This document shows positions 1 to 48,628 of a DNA stretch of 64,000 nt, piece by piece (position 1 is the first letter of the stretch; the number at the start of each line of letters is the position of its first letter). The stretch comes from Paraspadella gotoi. Lineage: Eukaryota > Animalia > Chaetognatha. The notes under the pieces are model-generated. The model ran no database searches. It saw only the letters and a program-made list of their open reading frames with translations, and had not been told where the DNA came from. Both the position numbers and the translations under genes were made by a program. The stretch covers positions 516,019-580,018 of the forward strand of contig CM119263.1 of assembly GCA_051294375.1 (NCBI GenBank), given 5' to 3'.

Positions 1-3319
<3,319 letters not shown>

Positions 3320-3535
3320 CATCGCTGAGCGTCGTCGTCGTCTTCGTTGGACGATGTCGACGACAGAAAACGTGGAGATCGAAATGTTGACATCTTCGTT
3401 CACAAATTTTCACGTGAAACATCGAACGATGTCACACGATGTCACGCGACCGACGACGAACACGACGACGAGATTTCCATGAGGAACCAGAGGCTGTGTT
3501 AACTTGTCAACCGCAAATGATTTTAGGGAGAACTT

Positions 3536-3735
3536 GTCCATCTCATTCTCCATTTCATTCTCCATCTCATTCTCCGTCTCGCTCTCCATCCCATTCTCCA
3601 TTTCATTCTCTATCTCAATCTCATTCTCCGTTTCGTTCTCCATTTCATTCTCCCTTTCATTCTCCGTCTCGTTCTCCATCTCGTTCTCCATCTCATTCAC
3701 CGTCTCGTTCTCCATCTCGTTCTCCATCTCATTCA
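3536..3735. repeat. 12-bp minisatellite (TTCTCCRTYTCR) downstream of the RNF38 stop
   Basis: Directly visible; generates the spurious ENEM/SFSI/SPSH ORFs. Confidence 0.9.
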
Positions 3736-4051
3736 TTCGCCCATTTCTCTAATATTCATATTTCTATTCATTGTTCATCCTTCATATTCATTCATTCATT
3801 TCATTTTTCCGTCTCGACTTCATTTTAAGCCCTCGGATCCTTTGTCTTTGAAGTTGAAGTTAATAAGTTAAACAAAATTGCTTTCTTTCATTTTAATTTT
3901 TTCAATATATTCAAGACTAAGGTAATTTTTTTTTTCTAAATTAGTATTAGAATAAGTCAAAATTGAAAGTTTGATTCGATTTTGTCTCAGTTTTAAAAAA
4001 AGAGAGACGTATGCGTGCGACTCACATCGACAGTTGCATGCAATGAAAGAA

Positions 4052-4135
4052 GCGATCATGCAATCACACACTTTCGCAAATGCGATCATGCAATCACGTG
4101 CATTTGCAGGTGCGATCATGCAATCACGCGCTATC
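4052..4135. repeat. 30-bp tandem repeat x3 (core GCGATCATGCAATCAC)
   Basis: Core at 4052, 4082 and 4112. Confidence 0.85.
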
Positions 4136-7100
4136 ACTCATGAGAGCGAGAGGCGTACGAGCGGTTTTTCCCTCTCATTATTATCAAAAGTTTTATATTT
4201 TTTAATGCATTTATTTCTTTTCAAATCAATCACGTATCCATTTTTTCTTAGGGTTATAGTTTCGTAGTCGGGCTTTGGAGTCACTATTATTGATATCTCT
4301 ATTCTCCTTGCTATCTCACTCGGCCTCTGATATTTGGCAGCTTTTTTCATCGTCACTTTGTGAAACATTTGCTCAAAATTAAGAACATAAAAAACTCCCC
4401 CCATAAAAAAAAAACAAATAAAAATATTATCAACCTCTGTATCTTTTTTATTTTTTAAACTGAATGCTGTAGTGATTATCTTAAAATATATTTGCAAGCT
4501 TTTGATACCCATTCTTCCTCTCTTTCAGTGCTTGTCATAAGTAATATTAAAGAAATTCCTTCCTGATTTGTCTGCGTAATTTTAAGTTATCTTTTTGGCT
4601 GTTTAGCATATAGTAATATTTGATTCTACGTAATAATAATATAATAATTATATTATACTCAATCATAGCAACATTTTGTTGTCAATTCTAAAAGAAAAAA
4701 ATCCTTTGCATGGAAAAGACCTTCAATATCGTATTGCTACAAAAAAGCTTCCTGTCCTTCCTAAAATTAAGATGTTTGATTTTTAGTTGATATAAGCCAC
4801 TGAAATGGAGGAAAAATGATGCATCAATAACAAAAAGTATACTAGATTTTTATGTTAAGTCTACTATTAGTAGATACTCATAGGTTTGCAATAATTTTTG
4901 TTATGATCCAAAAGATCTTGTGATTTAAAAAACACACAAAAAAAATTATTAATAGATCTTGTTGTTAACTTTTTATACTCTGCATTGTCTCGTTGTTTTT
5001 ACATTAATCAAATCACTTTTCCCTCTTCTTACCTGTTTTAACTACTGCCCGTTTTATCAATTCCCGCCTTCTCAAGATTTTGTGATCTGATGCATCTATG
5101 ACAAGAATTACTCTCAAGCATTCCTAGCGGATAATAGGTTAAGAACAATTTCAATTTTGTTTGGGCGTTTTTCTTCTTCAATTTCAATTGTGTTTGTGGT
5201 CTAGAGCCCTCCCGTGATAAAAGAAAATATACACCTTTTAAAACGTTTTTAATTTTTCAATAATACTATTATGTTCTGTCGCTTAACACCAATGAAAATC
5301 AGAAAATGGAAGCGGATAATTCACTGGAGAAATTATGAAGTAAAAAGGGATGAATCTTTTCTCCAAGCTTCCTGTTGCTGTAAGCACCTCTGAAATTCTG
5401 ACATAAAAGGATGGTATTAATAATTACAGGCTTTGGAAAGTTATTTTATTAAATTATTACCCCTCAGTAATGCTTTCTTAAGATAAATATATCTACTATC
5501 AGCTGTTATTTTTTTTAGAATGTATGACTAGAAATTAGGCCTGTGATTATGTTTTGTGTTGCAATCATACACTTAACATGTCTGTCAGTATTCTTTACAT
5601 TCATAATCAAGATCTGTACCTTGTATGAGCCTGTCTTTTTTGCATATTTACAAAACATACAACTACAAACTATCACTTTGTGAAAGAAGACCTCTTTGTC
5701 AAAAAGTAACCCCCTCTTTTCAAAAACTATACATTTTGTCCTATAATGATTTAACGAGTTTAAAAATATGTTTGCACAATATGAAATGCAATTTTTGTTT
5801 TTAACCACTTAATCTTTTCTGGCCTCTGAAATGGTGACTTTAAGCTGTCCTTTTTGAACTTGATAAATAAATTAAAGAAAGCATAGTATTTTCTAGTTAT
5901 TGCTTACGTGGGTTCCTGTTTGGGTTGCTGTTTCCTAACCTTATTTATTAAAACTTACTTTTTATATTACCACTTCCTTAGTCCCTAGTTGGAATTCTAC
6001 AATGGTTGTATGTCTTAATTTTTCATTTGATTACTTATTATATTTGGGTAAACAATATCTTTTCAATGTTTTTTATTGGTAATCACACTTTGACCAACCT
6101 GTATGAATGGCCTCATATATTCTTCAGCACTTGTAGAAAAGATATTCAAAAATAATCGACAAAGGTTCTTCTCTAGTTTATAAATATAATCTAAATTCAA
6201 AAAACTAAGCTTAAAATATATTTCTAGTTTAAAACCTACTGCATGTACTCGGCTATCCCTAAAATCCTTGGGGGAAATCTCTAGTCTGTTTATGAAAAGT
6301 AGACCTGAACAGCATTAACCAGTTAATACCTTAACAAAAAATTTGGCGCCACTATCCTATTTTTCATTATTATTATTTGTAAGACTACTTGGTGTATCAA
6401 AGCTTAAAATATCTATCTGTCCAGTTTGAAGTGTTGCTCTATTCGTCATGTTAGGTAACTACTAAACTTCGAAAGTTATGTGACAAATCCTATTTGGAAT
6501 GGTAAAAGTAATAGTAAAGAGTATACTGAAAAGATTCAACATGCATGAACTCATTGTTTGCTCTTTGCTAACTACTCATATTACAATCAAGTAGATAATT
6601 ATGTATTATTCGATTTTGTAAAAAAAAGAAATTTAAAACCTACAAACTTTCTGCAAGTCAGAATCTAATTGTTATCCTCGTTTAGTAAAAGTGGTACCAC
6701 CTTTCAGATATTCATCTTTTTGCAAATTTAATCAATATCTTATGTGAGTAAACCGTTACTAAGCAATTTTTAAATATTTTGAATCCAATATTGTCATTTG
6801 CATTTAAGAATTTAAGAAAAATTATCTACATAAATTATTGAACATTCTAAATATATGTCTTTATAAATTTCTTTTTTGCAAATGCACCAAATTTCTTTTA
6901 ACAAGCAAATGACTTTTTAAAAATTTCAATGAGTTTTTCTGCATTATCTTTTTTCTTGATTAAAAAAAAAAGGATAGTGGATAAATTATGGAACTCTCAT
7001 TCACGAAGTTTTATGTTTGCGTTTTTTCGAATTCAAAATGATTTAATTCGTACAATAATAAACGTTATTTACGCTTAGAGAAAAATAGTAATATTTGCTT

Positions 7101-7687
7101 TTCAAAAATTTCCCAATGCAATGGCGTAAATATTATTATTTTTACATACCCATATTATAGCGATTTAACACTTCCTTAAGTACAAGTTGTGACTTTGGAT
7201 GTTCCCTAGTTTAATCAACGCAAATTTTCAATGTCTGCTTTTGCCTCAATTTCTGATTTACTTGACAAAGTTCAGAAATCAGGTCTCATACAAACTATCT
7301 ATGTAGGCATGCTTGTCATGAGTTTAATGCATCGTTAGAAAAACTGATGTGCAAATCTGCCGTTCAATTTAAAATGTTTTTAAATATTAAGATTTACTGG
7401 GATAAGCGAGTGACATAAATACGAAGAACTAAACTTCGCATTTTTATGGATTTTAAAATGTCATCATTATTAGATCTTTCAATATTTTTCGCCTTTTGTC
7501 TATAATTGTAACTTTAATTTTTCTCCGGTGTAAGTATTACAGATCTACCAATACCTATTAGATACCAAGATATCGTAGCTCTTAATTAAATTAGGTAGAT
7601 TAAAGAAAAAAAATCATTCATACAAAGTGATTTAAAAATTTAAAAATCTTATTTACATCAAGACTGATTCGTTTATAAAAAGTGATT

Positions 7688-7750
7688 GCAGCTGTGACAG
7701 CATCAGTTGCAGCTGTGACAGCATCAGTTGCAGCTGTGACAACATCAGTT
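7688..7750. repeat. 21-bp tandem repeat x3 (GCAGCTGTGACAGCATCAGTT)
   Basis: Directly visible. Confidence 0.85.
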
Positions 7751-8263
7751 CCAACATTTTGATAATCATGGTGCAATTCCGGAGGTATGGATGATTTAAA
7801 ACAGAACATTGTGAAAAACGATTTTTTACTTGAAGTGGAATTTTTTTTATTATCAAAAATATGTAGAGGTTTAAAATGAGCAATCTGTGCAGATTGCACG
7901 TCAATAATTATGAGTGTTGTAACGCCCACTTTATGAATGATCATTTATTAGAAAAGATATTGATTTATTCTTCTTCTTTTTTATAAAGTAACTTAAAAGG
8001 AATTGATCAGTCAGTTATTTGAAATATTTAGAAGTATTTAGATAACAAAGGAACGAGATACACGAAAAAATAAATCATAGCGATTTTACAAATGGGAATA
8101 AATATTTTGTGTCAATAATGACAACAATTTTTTTTTGTTTTAGGCTAAAAATGTTTTTATTATTATTACTAAAAACCGTATTAACAAAATCAGCAACAAA
8201 ATTAATAACAGCGCGCTAAACAAATAAAACTAAACTAACATCAAGGATGGACAGAAAAATTAA

Positions 8264-8829
8264 TAGGGCTCCCAGAAATATCATTGAAATATCATTTGAA
8301 AGTTCTTGATACCTGCAACTTTTTTTGTGCCAAATTTAAAAAAATTAAAAAAATTAAAAATTTTTCTGGATTCTCTATATGGATTTTCCACGCCAGTTTT
8401 TGCGTCAAAACATTTCCTTAGTTCAATTTGTATAATATAATATTATACATTCATATAACATTTTCTTGAAGTTTGGTTCGAGCCAATTTGGCTTAAAAAA
8501 ACAAATTATTTTGAATTTAGCGTCTTCTGTAATAGTACTTTTTTTACCTTATTTATAAACCAAAATAAAAAAATTTACTAAAGGGGTTACTAGTAATTTT
8601 ATTTTGATTAATTTAAGTATGCTGGCTGAATAACAGCTTGTTTTTATTCAGCAATACTGATTTTTTTCAAACCGGAAGTGGCTCGATGCAAAAACTGGCG
8701 TGGAAAATCCTTAATAAGCATCCAGGAAAATTTTTAATTGTGATACTCATTTTCTCAAATAAATTTAGCACAAGAAACTTAGCTTGTATCAAGAACATTC
8801 AAAAATATATGATATTTCTGGGAGCCCTA
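8264..8829. mobile_element. Non-autonomous DNA transposon (MITE) with long imperfect TIRs, probably hAT-type
   Basis: Ends TAGGGCTCCCAGAAATATCAT...ATGATATTTCTGGGAGCCCTA. Inverted symmetry extends about 150 bp (GGATTTTCCACGCCAGTTTTTGC / GCAAAAACTGGCGTGGAAAATCC). Flanking 8-mers AAAATTAA/ATCATTAA look like a degenerate TSD. Confidence 0.8.
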
Positions 8830-9261
8830 ATCATTAACACAAAAATAGAAACATTAAAAAAAGTTAATAACTAATTCATAACAAAACTATAAAAACAAAC
8901 GTTTAAGAACGTTAAAGGACTAAAACGTGAAAAGCATAGAACCAAAAACAATTAAAAGTCTAAATAAAATATAACTAAAAATTTCAAATGCCAGATTTTC
9001 AAATGGTATAGGTGGGTAACAAAATTCTACTTTTTTTTGCAAACTTCTGTCATATAAAGTGACTGTTATGATAGTGATTTGATCGTATATTCTTTTTTTA
9101 GCTGCGACTTAATTAAAATTGTTTTATCGATTCTTAATTTTATAAATTTTAACTCCCCCTCTCAAAAAGAATCGTCATTAACACAATTTGTGCTTTTCAT
9201 CACGGAAGTTGACACGTGACACATTTTGACGACGAGAAATCTTAGTAAACAATTTTTATTC

Positions 9262-9264
<3 letters not shown>

Positions 9265-9327
<63 letters not shown>
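9265..9327. repeat. (GA)n microsatellite
   Basis: Directly visible. Many similar (GA)/(TC)/(AAAG) tracts occur, e.g. 20205-20300, 20425-20710, 21142-21238, 24431-24568, 24833-24944, 25080-25420. Confidence 0.95.
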
Positions 9328-9332
<5 letters not shown>

Positions 9333-10849
9333 CAAACGAGAAAACAATAATGATTTATTACGCCGATGAAAGTTTTTTTTTGAAAAAAAAAATTTTTCTA
9401 CTACTTAAAAAAGAATTGCCATGTGGATTCAGTTTTCACGAGATGAAAGGAAATATTTTTTATTTTTAAAAATGAAAAAATTAAATCTTTTTGGAGACGG
9501 AAAATTAATTACAGAGGTTAACTGAAATAATAATATTTGATTGACGGTTTACAAAAAAAAAAGTAATGCATGATGAGCAATTTGTCAATGTCACTGATTA
9601 CCGTTCCATGTTGGACAAGGAGGATTGAAAAAGGATAAAACGTTTATATTATATCAAATAATATATATAATGAATTGATCAGAGGAACAGATGAACTTCG
9701 AAAATTCTCTAATAACGAGAGTTTCATAAATTGGCCTATACTTTAGGCGAGATAATCGTTTAGTTATTTTTTTTATTTTTTAATACCAAAAACAGTATTG
9801 ACAAAATCTTTTAGTTATACTTTTTTCATAGTGAAAATACAATTAATACTTTAGTTTTAAAGACAATGCAATAGTTTTTTGGGGGCACCCTAAAACTATC
9901 ACTATTTGAAGCCTTTCTCCTGAGAACTTCAAGTAAGAAGTTCAATAGATACAGCTTAGTAATAAACCGCGCATTTGAAAATCAAAAACGAAAATAAAAA
10001 AAAAACAAAACCGAAAATAAACTCTTTATATTTAACACTACATATTGTAAATGAGATTGAGAAATTCAATCTCGTTTAAGATAATATTAAATAATCGTCT
10101 CTCACGTCGAAATTCAATCTCATTTAAGATCATATTAAATAATCATCTCTCACGGCGGCGTCCGATGAATTTAATTATTTTTATATCGTCCAACCCTAGG
10201 CTATGAGCCAATTTAATTCTTTTATAACAAGTTAGTATATGTAATAGTTCAAATAGTTCACTTGTTGGTAATTTCTTGAATTCCAGGCCGTCGCGCCTCG
10301 TGAGCTAGCGCGCATAAACGAAAGGTTTCAACAAAAGGCCCTCATGGTATACGTATAAATGCTAGTATTGCATTCATTTTTTTGTTCAATGTTGAGGATT
10401 TTCTGATATAAATAAGTGCATGACAAGTATTAAAAATTATTAAAAATTTAAAATTTTTTTCTTGGCTTTTTCTGGTCTGGTTTTGAAAGGAGATTTACTT
10501 ATCTTTTTGATAATAAAAGGATAAGTTTATAGATTGATAATTCTAATTGATTTAGATTGTCACGCGCGTATTTGGCCAAATACTGACTGGCTGATAGATT
10601 TTTTCCTAGTTATTCAATATCCATTGATAAATCATAGGACGAGAAAAAGTTCATTTATGTCCTGAGATGAATTTAAATCTCGATTAACCTTTTTTTTAAT
10701 GCGAAATTTGTGAAATTTTTATACAATATTAAATATTTTTATTTAATATGTAAACGGCTTTATAAGACAAGTAAGCAACCGAGTTATTTGTAAGCTATGC
10801 AATCATGACATCAATGAACAAAACTCTCTCGCACAATATTCCGGTTTTC

Positions 10850-10952
10850 TTTCTTGCGTCATCGTCGTCGTCGTCGTCGTCGTCGTGACTGATTCCTAGA
10901 CTCGCGTCGTTGCCAGTGACGACGAAGCTTTTATCTCGTCGTTCCTGCGTTC

Positions 10953-10987
<35 letters not shown>

Positions 10988-11023
10988 TGTGATCGACGCT
11001 ATCATCGCCTTTTTCCACCTCAA

Positions 11024-11056
<33 letters not shown>

Positions 11057-11093
11057 CGTCGCGATGCGAGACTTCCGGTCGTCCTTTGCGCCT

Positions 11094-11134
<41 letters not shown>

Positions 11135-11409
11135 TTCGCTCCTTTCGCTATGCGCCTTTCGTTTCTCATTCCAACTTCGAACGCAAAATGAAAACAAAAT
11201 TAGCCAAGAAAAAAAAAAAATCAGCGAGTAAGCAAAATATATTTAGCGTTTAAAAAACCAAAGCAAACAAGAAAACGAGTATAAAGCAAAACAAACAAAA
11301 GACACTGCTTAAAATAAAGCTAAACAAAGACTTCGATATAAAAAAAACAACCTGAATGAAACTTCGTTTTTTTTATTTCATTAATTACCATTTCGCTATT
11401 TTTAATAAG
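10850..11409 (+). promoter_or_regulatory. Candidate 5' end / first non-coding exon of RasGRF, CpG-rich with (GTC)n tracts
   Basis: Cluster of (GTC)n tracts in otherwise AT-rich DNA, ending in a strong donor AAG|GTAAGT at 11410, upstream of an ATG exon that has its own acceptor. Inference only. Confidence 0.35.
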
Positions 11410-12505
11410 GTAAGTACAGTTGGAATTCTATATGTACGATAAGTAATCTTTTTTATATTTAAAAAAAAGAAAGCCTATTATATCGTCAGACGATCGGGAA
11501 AATGGAACATGGGAGGAATTCATTTTGATCTTTTGTCGATGAGTCACGTAGCATCGAAAACAGATATTATTTTCCGTCCATAATCGTTTTTCTAATTCTA
11601 AACGTAAGAGTGGCATCCGGACGAATACTGATCTTATGTCCTGGCAATGTTATTAATATTATATAATATTGATTTAACAATCCTAATTCGTCGTCTAATT
11701 CGAAAATCTTTCTTTTTAAATATGGAATTTAGTGTAAAGTAATTTATTATGTAGTATAAATTTGAGATGATTGAGCAATCAAAGCCAAAGGCGAAAGATA
11801 TTATAATAAATCTCCCAGTCGATTGATTCGCATTTTTGAATTAAAATTGATGACTTGACTTTTAAGACGATTAGTGTTATTTCTATCGGAAATATTGATC
11901 CGTGTCACATATTAACTAATTATATTTCTAAATTCTCTCGTGATTAAGGAGGTTAATAATGTTGCTAACAATTTAATATTTTAAAGATATGTCTAATTCT
12001 TGCAAGTTTAAAATAGAAAGTTTTCAAGGACGAAAGATCGCTTAGCGTAAAGGCAGAGAAGAATGAGAGAATGAGGAGCAGTAGGGCGTTTCCGTCTTAA
12101 GATAAAGATGATAATAAAAATATGACTAACATTAGTCATCTCTTTTAATCTTTTACGTGAAAAGACTGCAACAAAATATAAGCAATTACCAAGTCAGGGA
12201 TTCCTCGTTTATTTCAGCTTCCAGATGAGAATATTGTTTGAGCTGTGCTTAATCTCGACTTAATATTGACTCAATCCAAACACCTAAAGATAAATGTAGA
12301 TTAGTAACTTTATTACAATATTCAATTTCCACAATAATTGAAGACATGAGCGACAGAGCTAATACGCAGCAGTAGCAGCAGCTCAAAGCTACATAAAAAC
12401 TTTAAAAATAATTAACATTTTCAAATAAAATTAGAAATTACATTTAATACTTGATGGTCTCAGAGGAATCTCCTAAAATTAAGAATTTGCTCTCCTTTTA
12501 TATAC

Positions 12506-12564
12506 AAAAAGCACTGATGAAGGCTTGAATGAAAACCGAAACTTGTATGCACCTTTAAAATAAA
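12506..12564 (+). ncRNA. Candidate minimal type I hammerhead ribozyme (Penelope pLTR-like remnant)
   Basis: GCA-CTGATGA-AGGCTT..AAACC-GAAAC-TT-GTA-TGC followed by AATAAA: complete core order with short stems. Confidence 0.5.
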
Positions 12565-13550
12565 AATCGTTGATGTAAAACATTTCGTCTTTAATCACAA
12601 ATAAAAAAAATAGTATAACAACCAATGAGAGGAGAGTTCACAGATAACGATTTAGTGTTCAGTGTTCAGTATTCAGTGTTAACTGGCGGGTTTTTTTTGG
12701 GCCAGTTTTCTTTGCAAAAAAATCTTGCGCAAAAGAAAACGAATTTTTAAAGATTTTTACTTTTCTTTTGTCTCGAGTCACTCAGACTCTTCGTCTGTTT
12801 TAAATGCACCGTGAAATGAAAGTAGTTCTGCGAATTGAAAGGAATTTTAAACGAGATTGCTCAACTCAATTTAAAGCCTTATTCAGAACTAAATATAAAG
12901 GAAAGAATATCAAACATTTCTAAAATGCAATCTTCTTTGAATGAAAAAAAAAACCCCAATATTTTCACTCTGGGAAATTAAACCGGAGGCTCCATTTTCA
13001 TTGTTTAATTTAATTTGATAAAATAAAATCTTGAAAAATGGATTGACAATATGGTTTTCCCTTCCCTGCTCAACAAGTTTATGTTTTTTAACATTATATT
13101 CGTAAAATTCTTTAGTTTTTAAAAACGTAAGATCTTTAATCTTATAAAAAATATCGCATAGCGACTAATAAGAAAATTATCGAGTGGATAAAATCTTCTT
13201 TTAGCAGGAAACCATGAATCGCCGATTGGAGATTGCGAAAAAAAATATCATGTAGCATTTATTGGAAGAAAAAAAGGAATCAATTCTTCAGAGAGATCGA
13301 GGTATGGATACTGGAAGATAACTATCACTACTTATCAATTCAAATGCATAATCTTTTCCTATTTTATCATTTCACATCAGATGCAGTAAAGAAGTGAACT
13401 TTTGCATTTCTTCACCGAAATTCCTGCCAGATGATGATACGACGAGGCGGATTAGTTCCTTTGGTAATTATCTAAAAATTATTAATTTAATATTTTAGAA
13501 TATAATTGTTATTATTATTATTTTATTTTTAATAATATATATCTTCTTCC

Positions 13551-13567
13551 TAATAATAATAATAATA

Positions 13568-13665
<98 letters not shown>
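13551..13665. repeat. (AAT)/(ATT)n microsatellite
   Basis: Directly visible; an (ATC)n tract also lies at 14648-14726. Confidence 0.95.
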
Positions 13666-13679
13666 CATCATCTTCCCAG

Positions 13680-13788
13680 GTTCGGACACCCGCCGCCGAG
13701 TTGCCCCGCCCAGTCTCGTGTCTCTCTGCCCCAGCGTCATGTAGCATGTGACGTAAGGTGGTGCTTCCCTCTCCGCCACAGATAAAAG
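13680..13788 (+). other. Candidate 5'UTR exon of RasGRF
   Basis: GC-rich island bounded by a tcttcccag acceptor and an AAG|GTCAGT donor; stops in all three frames. Confidence 0.4.
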
Positions 13789-14644
13789 GTCAGTCGGTCT
13801 ATGTTTTGTTTTTAAATATTTGTAAATAAATAAATAAATAAATAAATAAAGAAAACAATCGTTTTCTTTGATTTCACTTTGTTTTCTACTCGATTAGGAA
13901 AACTTATAAAGAATATCAACTTAATATTGACAATTGACAAGTGTTAATTTTTTGTATTATTGATAATATCATGAACGCACAATTCATTATAATCATTTGC
14001 GTCTTATTTTAATAATAATAATGTTGTAGTTGAGGGATTTTAAAACGTCTTTCTATTTATTTTGTTTAATTTTAAGAACATCTAGATGAACAATAAATAT
14101 AATACAATGTTACATTGTACAATATAAAAGTCTCCAAGGAGTTAAGAAGATTCTTTAATTAACTTTAACATGAAAGTTTTTTAAAAAGATTTTTAAGGTA
14201 AAGACATTCAAGATCTTTCCAGATATTCATTGATCTTTTCTAGTAAGTCTTTAAAGGTCTTTTGAGATAGTGTCGGGGTCTTTGGTGGCCTTCCGAGGTG
14301 GCCGCTTTTCCATTTTTCAATCACAAAAAATGATGACTCCTTGATCCTTAGATAATGGGAATAACAAGACCGATAGAAAAAAAAAAGATATAAGAGCGAA
14401 AAAAATGTGGGGGGAGAGGGAGAGAGAGATGGCGAAGAAAATGTCATGAGCGGCGAGGAAAGTAGGTCATCTGACATGTCTCACTCTCTATCTCGTAGCG
14501 CGACTTACATCCTCGCAATCCCGGCTGGAGAGAGAGAGAGAGAGAGAGAGTCGTTCCAGCGAATTGGGAAATGGAAAGTTGAACCTATGTCTTTATCACG
14601 CTTCGTCGATCGCGCTACATGAATCAAAGTCTGACCCGAATTTC

Positions 14645-14727
<83 letters not shown>

Positions 14728-15177
14728 GTCGTCGTCGTCGCAATCGATGAGTTTTTCCTCAATGAAAAATAGACGAATTTATGTCGTAGTCGTCGGCCAC
14801 TGGGATCGTTTCCTTTGTCGGCCGATCGGTTTGAACGAGGCACTGACGATATCCGAGTTTGAAGTCCGATCGGCTAAATAGTGATTTAAAAGAGAAGTGA
14901 GCTTACTTGTCGTGACTTTAAAGTGAAAGGAAAATAAAATGAAAATTCTCGTTAGCGGCGAGTCCTTTCTTGTTCCACTAGCTAAAACCGATCCAAGATT
15001 AAAAGTCTTGGTTGAAAGCTTGCAAGGTCCTACACTTGTCACTTATCATAAACAAGATAGCATAATGATTAAAAATAAAGAGATAAAATTTATATGTGAA
15101 GCTCCAACTTCCTTTTTTTTTCACGTCTACCGAAACAAACCTTTTCACCTCTGCATCTGTTCTCCTTCAGGTCGAGG

Positions 15178-48425
<33,248 letters not shown>

Positions 48426-48628
48426 GTAATGTCTAATATGTAATGTGTAATGTTTATGGCAGTATGAGTACTGTGTGATATGAATGATAGTATGTCTTTG
48501 CTGTTTAAGCACCAAGCGGCATCATTAGACCTTGAAACTCCAATTTTTCTAAAAAAGGATCGTGAATCCATTTTACTAATGAAGAATAAAGGAAAGGTTT
48601 TTTAAAATCTTTTCCGTCCTGTTTTTTT

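Noticed and set aside
5515-5808. Minus-strand ORF with VIVCSC..KY..KTG, faintly like a Penelope GIY-YIG or SWIM motif; a YLLIVD-like word near 4870
   Set aside because: Key residues are missing and I could not trace a continuous RT, integrase or transposase. 4500-8000 may be a decayed TE but cannot be called without a profile search.
10284-10343. Small GGCC-closed multi-hairpin (GCGC/GCGC, AAAC-GAAAG-GTTT)
   Set aside because: Single copy with short stems and no ribozyme core; compatible with chance or a TE scrap
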